A stretch of 64,000 bases of DNA from Giardia intestinalis (Eukaryota). Of the stretch, positions 50,001-60,907 are shown in pieces. The notes below the pieces were generated by a model. It had not been told where the DNA came from, searched no databases, and saw nothing but the letters and a program-made list of their open reading frames with translations. The DNA lies in NCBI GenBank assembly GCA_000002435.2, contig CM018792.1; one strand, written 5' to 3'. Numbering within the stretch: the first letter of the stretch is position 1; every line of letters begins with the position of its first letter. The position numbers and the translations under genes are program-made.

Positions 50001-50794
50001 TCAACATCATAAAAATCCATGACTATTTCTATTTCCGCGAGCATCTCCTTCTCAAGTTCACACTCTTGGGAGAGGACCTGTACACTCACTTTAACAGGCG
50101 AGAAAAGAAGGGGCAGCCCAACGACTACACAATCCCCGTTATTCGGGATATGGCGCGTCAAGTGCTGAAGGCTCTGGATTATATTCATAGGCTTGGAATC
50201 ACTCATTTAGATCTCAAACCGGAGAACTTGCTCCATGGCGACAAGAACTTTATCGGAGGGGTCAATGAGCCGTCTGTCACCCTGGTTGACTTTGGAAGCT
50301 CCTCATTTATCTTCGACAAGATGCACAGCTACATCCAAAGCCGCAGCTACCGTGCGCCAGAAGTTATTCTAGCAACGCCCTACGACTCTCGGGCGGACAT
50401 CTGGTCGTTTGGGTGCGTGGTTTGCGAGCTACTCACGGGCCGTGTACTCTTCCCCAACTATTCGGTGGCGACAATCCTGAGCCGCATCTGCTCCTTGATA
50501 GGCCCAATACCCCGGGACATGATCATGAGTGGGCGCATGGGTCAGCGTGTTCTCACGTTTGGGCTGGTGCCATATGAGCATGACGAGAAGAACAGGCAGC
50601 ACTTCTACTTCACACCACAGCAGGGTCTTTTGGAGTATTGGCTCTTTGGAGAAAGGTGCGCAAATCTCACGGATGAAGAGGTGCTCTTTTCTGACTTCTG
50701 CCGGCAGGCACTTATTGTTGACCCAATCAAGCGACCAACGGCAGCCATGCTCCTTGAGCATCCGTTCATAAAGGGAGCTGATCTTCTATTGTAA
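47090..50794 (+). CDS. DYRK-family dual-specificity kinase with a long Ser-rich N-terminal region
   Basis: C-terminal kinase domain: 'FSNVFSCLDLKDNVTYCLKIIK', DYRK-type 'FFDQAIDEVHLLELL', 'ITHLDLKPENLL', 'DFGSS', activation loop 'HSYIQSRSYRAPEVIL' (YxY). About 850 aa of low-complexity N-terminus. Confidence 0.85.
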   Translation: MDTITLIAGFLRQHGENELAENVENCESLRRETRITTDLEFLLNISRGCVTVETLANRSAMIKEHNMASTIDKFVIHPVFFGRRRALENEFLLEMFRDIDTKVDYLGLVPVTSKRYRMSVCHKQPYQHLYLKRIFPADQKLKGLAPDSPPAMGYARLSNPYMDYYKGETGFARQIILGHKIEKIQSRDFEPHNIPEKKGLGLATRGTIAAAEAADPYPKVPVPTMSASEKQVLSRKITPRALKEFIELKRRIIRLLTQRVAPEADVTVKLLDVLGSFKGLVESVPTDDGVPLWTFDWGSAVYFSEHNIGSAASDLNARYIRPQSKAISKRAGSRIITMRAQPSAESPDPGPEQQYVVERSSHYPNVFFMRKSRAYSQAFQALVPSAAPVTLLQSALNASKRIGPLEEDTSDTTTLNSLAAIPTAASSLQTTMGQQLSSTLQESQGIFGLSSTNPLQVPSQVQPKMGVLASKIRNQHSLSAEESRMQASTKENKDSMKFRVVQNATPSTTKVESVNYRDLIMEHLSSPQATIEAKLQSALTADERQKFDSTVRSFAEKLRAKELSYSSILSNLFDGLSAPSGSQVQGSGRPGSNYGQSTSSLPTGIEQFSSRGDSDTRTDPSDHDFDSDMALSGNEEYEDINLGDEDQAQFAASAGQVSIGNSVSMDSMIRTTNEFIKATSASGLSEQIESSAQSLQSTGSLHRSDVHSSSVGALGHVGAHHIRPQSSKAVSSISSAMNMATSLYSQTQLSTGAPTQTASKNGSSDAPAVVYTPVPPMADDITKSCLRLEISVTSMDVAEAGGTAMSGKDEKVFQSSVPLLPVTAYCDINAVIDTAVSGLDASDAKNSAKDKYKTILQVIRGQLDQTSLMNTTACSKLPIYYNPLHTGAIEVTTPDDADVPFIEGETILNRYKLLKMVGSATFSNVFSCLDLKDNVTYCLKIIKQEKEFFDQAIDEVHLLELLKDIDPNNNINIIKIHDYFYFREHLLLKFTLLGEDLYTHFNRREKKGQPNDYTIPVIRDMARQVLKALDYIHRLGITHLDLKPENLLHGDKNFIGGVNEPSVTLVDFGSSSFIFDKMHSYIQSRSYRAPEVILATPYDSRADIWSFGCVVCELLTGRVLFPNYSVATILSRICSLIGPIPRDMIMSGRMGQRVLTFGLVPYEHDEKNRQHFYFTPQQGLLEYWLFGERCANLTDEEVLFSDFCRQALIVDPIKRPTAAMLLEHPFIKGADLLL

Positions 50795-51036
50795 GTGTAA
50801 ACATGCATGCCTGTTTCTCTCCATGGTTCAAGCGTCGAGGGGCCTCCTGGACCGGGTTGGCAAAGATTCCATTAGAACTTGGCGATCAGTAAGAAAGGGG
50901 TACAGAGCCGGTGCAGTAATCTATTGAGCAAAAGTACCATGAATCGCAACAACGCTTTACTCTAACTGAACGATTACTCAAACTCGAAATCTAGTACGGG
51001 ACTTTAGCTTAAGCGAGTAAATTCCGCAAGAATTAT

Positions 51037-54000
51037 ATGAACCACTGTGTGGCGTGCCAGGCACCACGGCCTTCTGCACGGGATCCACGCCCGGAGCTGG
51101 GCCCAGTTGTTGGCAGCGGATATCTGGGACAGGTGCGAACTTTAACAAACTCCCCGGGGCACATCACTGAAGAAGTCCGACTGGACGTCTTGCAGGAATC
51201 GGAAAAAACGTCCATCCGTCGGATCCTCCACTTAGCTACCACACTTAGTCATCCTAACATTATTCCCATAGAGTCTATTTTTGAGACAAGCAGCGTTATT
51301 TATGCTTCAATGGAGAGACCACCATGCACCCTTGAAACGCTTATCAAGGAAGCCAAGGACTCCAAGCGTAAGATCCCATCTGACACTGTCTTGCTGGCCA
51401 TCCTCCAAATCGCTGAGGCTATTACCTATCTCCACGGTTTTGCGACTGCTAGCGGAGATACCATAAAGACCTCTAAGGTCACGTATAAAGCCCTCCAGCC
51501 GAGCAATGTATTTGTTGGATGCAATGGCTGCCGCTTTTTGATTTCCGCGATTGGTATCTGTATCGAGCATGAGCAGACTGACACGTGTTTCTATTCTGCC
51601 CCAGAAATTTTGATACACAATAGATGCTCTGCTGCATCAGTTATGTGGAGCCTTGGGGTAATAACTTATGAGCTAGCAACGGGAATTAGACCCAACTTTC
51701 GAAGAACGACAGATCCTAGGCTAGTCTTTGTGCAGGACTGGAAGCCAGATTTAATCCTGGTGAGAGACAAAGAGATCAAGAAGATTATTGAGCGCCTCCT
51801 GGTGGTGACAGAAGAACACCGAATTACTGCCCCCGAACTGGTTAACCTATTGCGATCTAATAAGCACGTGGCTAAGCTCCTAACTAGTTCCACCACTTCG
51901 CCTGACAAGGCCAGTAGTAACCAGTGTGTGCAGAATGGCCTACTGAACGAGCTTTTGACTGCTGTGCGTAGTGAAGATATCGACGCTGTTAACCGTCTAC
52001 TATCCAATTCACAAAAGCTTAGCGGGGATCAAGTGGATCTGCGAGTGATTATGTCTTGCACGGAGGTTCAGGCTGCTCACGATATAGGGGTACTACTTTT
52101 GAATGCTCTAGACCCTACTGACGAAATAGGACGCACAGCTCTGATGCGCGCAGCAGACAAGGGAGACGCAGAGATGGTGCGACTGCTGATACCATTCCAG
52201 TCCAGGAAACAAACATCCTTGGGTGAAACTCTTGCCGGATACGCTGTTCAAAATCGAACAGCCCTCATGGGAGCCGCAGTCAATGGCCATCTAGAAGCTG
52301 TACGAGCTCTTCTGGACTATGAGGGCGGGATGAAAGAAAAAGATGGCTTGACAGCCCTGATGTTAGCAACGTGCAATGGACACACTGAAGCTGCCCGGAT
52401 CCTTGTCGAGAAAGAGCATGGTATTCAGACCGAGGAAGGCTGGTCGGCCCTGATGTATGCAGCTGAAAGCAACCAAGTGGATATAGCACAATTGCTTCTT
52501 AACACTGAAAAAGCCTTGCAGAACTCCAATGGGTGGACGGCTCTTATGCGAGCTGCAGAAAAGGGATACAAAAAGCTTATCAGGCTTCTCTTACAGCTCG
52601 AGGCGAAAATCCATGATAAGCATGGCCTCACCGCGCTCATGTATTCTGCATGGAGCGGTCATTCAGAAATCGTGGCCTTGCTCTTACCGTATGAGGGGGG
52701 AATGAGCTCTGCCGATGGCTGGACTGCTCTTATGTATGCAGCCTATAATGGTCATTCGGACGTAGTGCAGATCCTTATGGACACCGAGAAGCGGGCCGTC
52801 AACAAAGACGGACGCAGCGCCCTTATGCGGGCAGCTGAAAACGGACATACGGAAGCGGTCCGGCTTTTAGTTGGGCAGGAGAAGGGAATCCAGGACAATA
52901 ATGGGCTTTCCTCCATGATGTATGCTGTTTGGAATAATTACACAGACATAGTAGAAGTTCTCCACGATCACGAGTCCGGGCTTAAAAGCAAAGAGGGATG
53001 GACAGCGTTATTGTATGCAATCGATAAGAAGAATACAGACGCAGTACAAATACTTGCAAAATCTGAGGGCCTAATTCCAGACAATGGTAATCACACCGCT
53101 TTAGAGTATGCTCTTCAATCGGGATATTCTGACGCAATTAGAATCCTGCTGCCGATTGAACGCCCAACAGATGAGTTGGGCCGAACAGCACTGATGCGCG
53201 CTGCAGATAGAGGAGACACAGACATGGTTTCCCTCCTTATACCTTATCAAGGGAAACTGCAGACTGTCGGGGAGGAGGCGCTGGGCGGTCAAACACTATG
53301 TTATCGAACTGCGCTTATGGGAGCCGTCGCCAACGGACATACAGCTTCTGTTAAAATACTTGCAGAGCGTGAGCATGGGGTTCAGGACATTGATGGATGG
53401 ACTGCGCTCATGGTTGCTGCGTGCATCAATAATGCCGAGGCAGCGGCGATTTTGGTAGGTAAAGAAAGGTGCATACGGACGTCTTCTGGTCGAACTGCGC
53501 TGATGCTCGCTGCTCAGAATGGGAGCTATGAGGTCGCCACAATCCTCCTCGATTCAGAGAGAGCGCTAACAGATAGCAGTGCTCGGACGGCCACCATGAC
53601 TGCTGCGTGGACCAACTATCCAGAGATCGTGAATATTCTTCTGAAGTACGAGGAAGCAATGCAGGACGAGGATGGCTGGACAGCCCTGATGTGTGCTGCC
53701 GTTCAGGGGCACGTTGAGCCGTTAAAGTTGCTTCTTCCGCATGAAAAAGGAATGCAGAAGAAAGATGGATGGACAGCTCTTATGCTAGCCGCGAATAATT
53801 CTCATGCTGAAGCTACAAGGCTCCTCATGACCTGCCCAGAGGAGCTGCAAGCCAGCGAGAGCTGGACCGAGTTGATGATCGGGGCAGCCATAGGAGACTT
53901 AGGACTTGTGAATCAACACCTCGATCAGGTAGGAAGAACAGACAAAAGAGGCCGTACTGCGTTGATGATTGCTGCCGAAAACGACTGGCCCGAGGTTTTG

Positions 54001-54399
54001 GTGCCTTTGATAGATGACGAAGCAAAACACGTGGACATAGACGGATGCACTGCTCTCATGCTTGCAGGAAGAAATGGCAGCCTGGAATCTGCACGTATAC
54101 TTGCAAACATAGAACACGGGATCCAAAGTAGCAATGGCCAGACAGCCCTTATGGAGGCCGCTAAGGGCGGATACCCAGACGTTGTACAGGTTCTTGTAGA
54201 GTACGAAAAGTGCCTTCAGGATGCAGATGGAAACACGGCTCTGATGGTAGCAGTAGCAGAGGGATGCCAAGATGTTGTTGAGATACTAGCGGTCCACGAG
54301 TGGCATCTTTCAAATAACGCTGGCCAAACTGCGTTGGATTTGGCAAGAAGTTCTGGGAGAGAAGAGATGCTACCCATTCTATCTACGTATGCACAGTAG
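51037..54399 (+). CDS. NEK-like (pseudo)kinase fused to a large ankyrin-repeat array (21.1-type)
   Basis: N-terminal kinase-like domain ('LSHPNIIPIESIFE', 'ALQPSNVFVGCNG' replacing HRDLKPxN, 'APEILIH'). It is followed by more than 20 ankyrin repeats (GRTALMRAADKGDAEMVRLL...). Confidence 0.8.
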   Translation: MNHCVACQAPRPSARDPRPELGPVVGSGYLGQVRTLTNSPGHITEEVRLDVLQESEKTSIRRILHLATTLSHPNIIPIESIFETSSVIYASMERPPCTLETLIKEAKDSKRKIPSDTVLLAILQIAEAITYLHGFATASGDTIKTSKVTYKALQPSNVFVGCNGCRFLISAIGICIEHEQTDTCFYSAPEILIHNRCSAASVMWSLGVITYELATGIRPNFRRTTDPRLVFVQDWKPDLILVRDKEIKKIIERLLVVTEEHRITAPELVNLLRSNKHVAKLLTSSTTSPDKASSNQCVQNGLLNELLTAVRSEDIDAVNRLLSNSQKLSGDQVDLRVIMSCTEVQAAHDIGVLLLNALDPTDEIGRTALMRAADKGDAEMVRLLIPFQSRKQTSLGETLAGYAVQNRTALMGAAVNGHLEAVRALLDYEGGMKEKDGLTALMLATCNGHTEAARILVEKEHGIQTEEGWSALMYAAESNQVDIAQLLLNTEKALQNSNGWTALMRAAEKGYKKLIRLLLQLEAKIHDKHGLTALMYSAWSGHSEIVALLLPYEGGMSSADGWTALMYAAYNGHSDVVQILMDTEKRAVNKDGRSALMRAAENGHTEAVRLLVGQEKGIQDNNGLSSMMYAVWNNYTDIVEVLHDHESGLKSKEGWTALLYAIDKKNTDAVQILAKSEGLIPDNGNHTALEYALQSGYSDAIRILLPIERPTDELGRTALMRAADRGDTDMVSLLIPYQGKLQTVGEEALGGQTLCYRTALMGAVANGHTASVKILAEREHGVQDIDGWTALMVAACINNAEAAAILVGKERCIRTSSGRTALMLAAQNGSYEVATILLDSERALTDSSARTATMTAAWTNYPEIVNILLKYEEAMQDEDGWTALMCAAVQGHVEPLKLLLPHEKGMQKKDGWTALMLAANNSHAEATRLLMTCPEELQASESWTELMIGAAIGDLGLVNQHLDQVGRTDKRGRTALMIAAENDWPEVLVPLIDDEAKHVDIDGCTALMLAGRNGSLESARILANIEHGIQSSNGQTALMEAAKGGYPDVVQVLVEYEKCLQDADGNTALMVAVAEGCQDVVEILAVHEWHLSNNAGQTALDLARSSGREEMLPILSTYAQ

Positions 54400-57300
54400 C
54401 TGTTTCGCTTTAGCTTTTGACCTTTACTCTACTTCGAGGAGAGCCATCTCACTCTCAGAGAAATCAAACTCGTTATCCGCATTGTCCTTTGAATGGCTCT
54501 CTCGATGCAGTGCTACATGATTTCGACGGCTAGCTGGTACTCCTTTGGCTCTATGCTGCTCTCATACCCTCTTCTAGAATCGCTCAGATCTACCCGCGTT
54601 GCAGATGGAAACAGACAGGGGAACCGTATCTTATCGCTTATGAATAGACTCGCCAGCGTCGAGACCACGTCCTTGTTTGTCTGTCGGTTATCCTTCGTCG
54701 TATTGGAGTACGTATTAACGAGGACGCTGCCCGAGTAAATTCCCTCGTGCAAGCTATCACCGCACTGGGCTGGCAAACCTCTCACTCACTCACTCACCAG
54801 TCGAGATCCAGATCTAGAATTTGAGATCGAATGCCCTCGAATTCTGGTGGGAGAAGGCCTTATGTTCCCTCTCCCTTGAAAGCCGGTGCTGTTCCTCGCA
54901 GTGCTTTCTGAGGGTTCCTCCCTTCCCTTGGCAATCTACTGTCTGACGCCTAGGTGGGCACCTGCTGTCTCGGGCTTTGTATCATCTGCGGCGATCTGGC
55001 CTCCACGTGGCCCTGGTGTTCCGTGACGAAGATCGCGCCCCACGACCCCGGGTATCCACCCCGTTCCTCGGGGTGCCTCTTCGTCTCCTCATGGAGGGCA
55101 CTATCTGTTCCATTATCAAGGGTGCGCTCCCCATGCACCTCTATCTCGGAGTTGTAGTACGCGTTCGTGGATGCCGATGGAGTACTCCCATGCGTTGTGT
55201 CGGGGGAGAGGCCCACCCCTCTGCTCATGGATCGCAGTGCGCTCTTGCAGGTGCTCCGTCACCCAGCACGAGATCATGTCGACGCTCACCCTGTGCAGTG
55301 TGTCTGGCTCAGTGACGTGTGGGCTCCATCCATCCTCGCATCACATGGTGTGCTTGGGGTGATGCTTCGGTCTGTCGAGGCGTCATCCAAAGCACCAGGA
55401 GCGATCAGAACCGGTTCGCCGTTAGGCCGTCTCGCTCTACACCGGCACCCATCTACTCGGGGGTGTCAGGCACTGCCAGCTGCTGTGGCAGACACCCGGC
55501 AGGTGGCCCAGACCACCGCTCTTCGGTGCGGGCAGGATCAGTCCGCCTCTGTCAGCCAAGCACCCCAAGTCCTATTTCTTGTCGAGGGATTCACATGGGT
55601 CACGTGTGGGTCCGTCTCAAGCAGCACGGCGAGTGATTAGTGCCATCACTGGCTTCAGGTTCTCTGCTGCCTTGAGGGGTCCTTCGAGACCAGCCAGGAA
55701 GAAGGCCTCCTGCTCCTCTGTGCTCCTACACCCGGTGGTGACCGTCGAGCCAGTCGCTTCGCCAGGTCTGTCGTCACTATGGAAGCTGAGTGTGTCGTCG
55801 GCAAGGCACTGAGCGGGGTATCTCCTCAGCTCCTGGCGAGCAGGTTCTGTACCACGCAGCACAGAAGCATGCTCAGGGCCCTGAGGGACCGAGTCCAGAT
55901 ACCTCGCGTGTCGCAGCCAGGGGAAGGCCTCGACGCAGCTCCTCGGGACGGGGCACACTCGCCTGGCAGAGGCCGTCTACTGTTGGAATGTTCGCTATGT
56001 CGAGCAACACTGTTGTGCCCATCAGCCTACGTCTCCCTGTACTATGCGAACGCTACCATGTGCAGTCGGTGGAACGCAGTCTGCTCTGTCTCGGGGAAGG
56101 CTAGTGTCTGGGTCTCCAGGCGGCTCAGGATTGTCTTGTGGAGCGCATCATGATCGTCCCCTGATCGTGGTTGTCCTGTCTCGTTCTTGGGAAGAGGGCA
56201 GAACAAGAGTTCTTCTCCCGCCGAAGTCGCTTGACACTCACTTTCGAACTCTGGGTTTTGATCTTGGCCAATGCATGGATGAGAGAGACCCGCTTGCCCA
56301 GGGTGGCGGTGGTTCGCATGAGAGACCACTCAGATAGCAGGCGACAGTCCCGCCCCAGTGAAACGGAGAGTAAATCTTTCGATATATCAGCTCTGCCACC
56401 TGCTCTGCCCCGCAGTTCTGTCAGACCAGACGTCTTGCTTCGGCGTTGACTCATGTGGGCAGCCTTCATATCCGTAATAAGGTGACAGAATGCCAGCCGG
56501 CTGCTGTGGCGAGAGACCTCCCGTGGTCCGCTGACGTTTTAGACCTCAATGAGAAATGGATAACTCCGCGGCATGCCTCCCCTCCGGACTGGACTGGGTG
56601 CCCAGGACCCTTTCTAGAGTCCTCTGCATCACGGAGCTGTACTAAATAAGCAAAACCCTATGCTGTCCAGTACGGGCGCTTCTAAGATGCGTAAATAACT
56701 GTGTGGCTGCAGCGACGCGTCTCCATCCACAGGCGTCGGCAAGCCAGAGGGCACGTCGGCAGACAAGGTATCCCGAGCGAAGTAAGCCCCAGATTTGGTC
56801 ATATAGTGTGGCTCCCACAATGGCTACGGAGGTCTGGGGACCAGTGCTCTACGACGATATGAGCGCGGGAGGTGATCCCAAGATATGCCGACCAAGGATT
56901 TCGATATAGCTCCTGCCGCAGGGGATAATAGAACAGTGCAGCGAAGAACAGGTAACCCAAGTATCAAGAGGTACACCTATAATGGCAACCAAGAAAAGTG
57001 CTATACATAGTTAGTGATCAATACCCTTAGACAGGAAGCGGCAGATTATATGGCAGAAGAGGAGCGTTATCACTGTCGGCCAATCAAGCATTCTAAGACA
57101 TCGAAGCTGTGACGATGCATCTACCAGTGAGCTCCATCGTGCATTCTGAATGGCACGTTGTCCAACTAAGCTAGGGAAGTTCAGGAGATGGCTACGTCCC
57201 TCCGTCATCGTATGTGCCCCTTGTGAACACATGTTTGACCCAGCATCCTCTGGTTCCTAAAGTGAATGCAGATGTAAGTGAGACTGGGCAAGTGTTGAGG

Positions 57301-60300
57301 CACGCCGGCTACGAGTAGCCTCTAGTGTTGGCTAGCCACACCTGGGAGCATATCTGTCTAGGAGAGCTCTATGTAGGGCGAAGAAGATCATTCTTCGCTG
57401 GTTGGTCGTGACTTGGAGCTCAGAACAGACAGGGAACTGAGGTGGTGACCGGGTTATTGCTCTGCATCGTCTGTGCAGCCATAGCCAGGTCAGCCAGAAG
57501 GATGCCTCAATATGCACGTGATTAGCCTGTGTCTGGATACTAAAAAACTTGAGGCAGCCGTTGCACCCGCCGCCCTCAGGACAGGGCTTCTGCACGCATG
57601 GCCAGCTGCCCTTGTCAGTTCGGTCTACTGGTCCAATAGTCTGAGGACCCTCTACGCCGCTCTCTGGCATGCGATGTATCGCAACTGCTCATGGGAGTAA
57701 GCAGTATGAAAAGGCAATTGCATGTGCAGGCAGCGTGCTATGCTCGTTTCAGGGGACCGATGTGTCCAACTACAGAGCGCTGCACCGAGCAACACGCCCC
57801 ACTGCCCTGCGCCGGTGGCTGCCTCCACCACTGCACTTGCTACAATGGAGCTGTACCGGCCCAACAGATTAAGCAGGCACTGCATCGACCCCTCTGACGT
57901 TGCATGCCGCATGACGTCCAATGGTAGAGCGGACACCGTACTGCCTGAGCTATCCGTTATCGGTGAAGAATGGCACCAGAGACGCTTCTACGTATCCACA
58001 CAGTCATTATGCCTGCTTCTCCATCAGCTGTAGCGATAACTATATACCCGGAAGGTCCTGCAGAGCGCTCCATTGCCTTTCAAGATGAGACGTCTGCACC
58101 TAAAGCTAAAAACAGAAATCCGTGCACCAAGTGTCACAAGCCTAGTACGCTGACCGGCCTAGATCACAATGCACCCGCCAAAGGCCTGTGCACATGTTTG
58201 GATGCTCACCGCTAGTGGCAGACGGGCCTGCGAGAAAGCTCGTCTCTGGCCGCGCCCACCCCATAACACCTAGTCCCTGGCGACATGCTTCGGTGAGGGA
58301 GAATGCTAGGTAGACGTGCAGAGGGCCACCTGTAGACGGCCATTTCTGGAGGACCGATTCGCATGGAGAGCGTAGGGGTGACCAGCAGATCAGTGAGGTG
58401 CGACTGGGACTGGAGAGGCTGGCTGCCGGTCTGGATTGCAGCGGGGGCACCTGTGTGCCTCTCTGGCCCGCGAGTGTGGAAGGGTCTATCTACCGACAGG
58501 CCGAAGACCGCATTTTGATTTTATGCATTTACAGCAGCACATTTATTGAGGGCTGTTCTATCGAGAGGCGAGGACGTTCGCTTTCCCCGTATACGGGCGG
58601 GGATCGATTGGATTGTAGAGGTATACTGTGCAGGCCAGTATCAGTCGACACGGCCAGATCTGCAGTGCTACGCGGATGGCTACCTCCATCTTCGACCAAA
58701 GGGTTGGTATATGCATTGCGTAGGTTGGATTACGCATCACCCAGGGTAGCATGGCTCGCCCTTGTTCTCTACTTGCCTGCCTCGTGCAACCACTGCTGAT
58801 GGCCTTTCCAGGTCAGCATGCGGATGCCTCTACGGTCCCGTAAAGGAATGCATCGTGCAGGCGGCCACCACAGGCCGTCCCGTCTACCAAGGAACAGGGT
58901 CAATCGGTTACTGCATGGGGGTCCTCTGTGCGCCTTGCATAATCCATCAGGTCTTGTGCTCCTCACCACTCCCTCGCAAGCCCCGTCTGGCTCTCCCCGC
59001 CGCTGGAGTCCACGCGCATATCGTTACTGCCAAGCACTCTGGCCCCAATAGGCCACCTAGAGCGTCGGGTTCTTTGCCCTACGCAGTGAGTGTGCTTGAC
59101 ATAGGAGATGCGCAATCAACGGCAGCCTTCCCGGCTTCTGGCCTGGGTAATGCTATTGTTGCTTCTCATCCAATCGGCTGGCACGAGGACCCAGCTCATG
59201 GCCAGTAAGCCGAGAAGGGTCGTTCCAGGATGCCTTCAAGCACAGCAGTACCTCGCTGGCGGGTAGCTAACAGTGACCGTGGGGCGTACCTCCGCCAAGC
59301 CACGGCCTCCTGGGGCATGAAGTGGGACCCTGCCATCCTGCGGCCCTGCTGATTCCCCGGACAGCAGGGATCGGAGCAGCCCAGCTAGCGCCTCTGGGTC
59401 TCCATCTGTCCTCGTTGTCTGAGGTGTGCTTAGCTCCAGAGACTCAGAAGGGCGCTGTACTGTGATCGGGCCTGCATGCCTCAGCCAGGCAGAGCTACCC
59501 TCTTGGAGGTCGCATTGAGGTAGCCACACATCCCGGGACCTGTGGGGAACACCGCAGCCCAATGGAACCCTTACCTGTCGAATGCAGGCCGTAATTGCAG
59601 CCCCACCGGTGCAGACTTTCTTAGAATAACCGGTCGACTGTAGGGTCCGCCCACTCAGTCCAGATGAGCGACATCACTCTCATCGATGGGCTACATTGCG
59701 CACCGAATGAGCCCTACAGGCGGGTAGGGATCGTCCAGCCCGCAGCAATGAGCATTGGCAGATGTCCTTCACAGCAGCCGCTTTCCCATTGGGATTCGCC
59801 AGCCACTGAGGCCCAGGCCGGCCTCCTGCAGGATCATTGGCAGGATCGTGCCCGATGCATGTCTGCGGCACTCCCCTCAAGGTGCGTGCTGCTGGACCTT
59901 CGCTTCCCACACTGGCCTGCGAACATCGAGCCCTTCTGGCGGGGCCAGACGGAGATCGCAAGGATATGGCGTCTTCGGAGACTATCTGGCCTCTGAGCCA
60001 CACACCGGAGCCCACTTCTCGCAGCGGCATCACAGAGAGGTGTATAGAGCCATACCACACCCTCTACCAGGTGACATGATGCACGAATCAAGGGTAGGAC
60101 GCTCGCACCAGTTGGCCCGAAGGCAGCGATTAGATGTTATTCGACTCCCTCATCAGCGGATGGGCGCCCAGCTACCCTGGTACCCACACGAGGCCACGCT
60201 GATCATTGCCCTGGTCACTGGCTGCCACACCAGCGCAGTCTCCCTGGATCTCGTCCCTCATGAAGGCAGCCTGACACAGAGAGCCCTTTGTCACTCACAC

Positions 60301-60907
60301 CAACAGGCCAAGGTACCGCGGGCCCGGGTGTTTCCGATGATAGAGCGGTGGCACCAGAGTGACTCAAGGAGTGGTGGGGTCCTCTCCATCAGCTCGGGAG
60401 ACAGCACGGTCTGGGCAGTGCTCCCCCTTGACTAGGCACGGGAGGGCCGACCCGTCTCTGAGTCCTACTTAGCACTCTGTCATGCAGTGAAGAACCTTAG
60501 TGGTACTTGGTACGAGAGATCAGGGCTATGCACACACCAGGAGAGAGCGTCTCATGAGCCAGTCTCTGCTGATCCACATCTTCTATGGACCCGGTATCTC
60601 CTCCAGGGACTGCGAGGATCCACTTTCGGGTGCTATCTGCCGGGTAGCCGGGCCAGCAGGTGTTGTCTAGGAGGATGCCACAGGGACAGAGAGAGCACTG
60701 GCAGACGGAGGTCCACAAGGGGTCGATCCGCGCAGGGAAGGCACAAGGCCCAGCTCTCTGAGGATGTAGAGACACCGGAAGAGGGGCCAGCAGAGAGGCT
60801 GCAAGCACGTGGGTGGTCCCGTGCCTACTCGTGGACTTTCTGTTTCCCTGCGCGGTGAGCTGAGTATCACAGGCCACACGTAGTGGATGCGTTTACTACC
60901 TAAGTAT
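54400..60907. other. ORF-poor, GC-rich 6.5-kb interval (probable decayed pseudogene or retroelement relic)
   Basis: No ORF above about 226 aa in any frame. The ORFs present are short, overlapping, on both strands, and Arg/Ser/Ala/Pro-rich, as expected from random GC-rich sequence. This contrasts with 5-250-bp spacers everywhere else in the window. Confidence 0.5.
60891..60905 (-). promoter_or_regulatory. VSP extended polyadenylation signal ACTTAGGTAGTAAAC
   Basis: Minus-strand sequence TAG-AT-ACTTAGGTAGTAAAC immediately 3' of the VSP stop codon. It matches the conserved VSP 3' motif ACTYAGRTAGTRAAY, which contains the general Giardia signal AGTRAAY. Confidence 0.75.

Noticed and set aside
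54781-54798. (CTCA)4 microsatellite, plus isolated TAGGG motifs in the desert
   Set aside because: Too short to be meaningful. The TAGGG motifs are single copies, not telomeric arrays.
57900-57990. tRNA-like fragment 'GTCCAATGGTAGAGCGGAC ... GGCACCA'
   Set aside because: A D-arm-like hairpin is present, but no consistent anticodon or T-arm or acceptor stem could be folded. Probably chance.
54400-60907. Individual ORFs of 60-226 aa within the GC-rich desert (e.g. 55167-55640, 59755-60435, 55779-56153)
   Set aside because: They are overlapping, on both strands, and Arg/Ala/Ser/Pro-rich, as random GC-rich DNA produces. None has a recognisable domain. I treat the interval as decayed or non-coding rather than calling genes.
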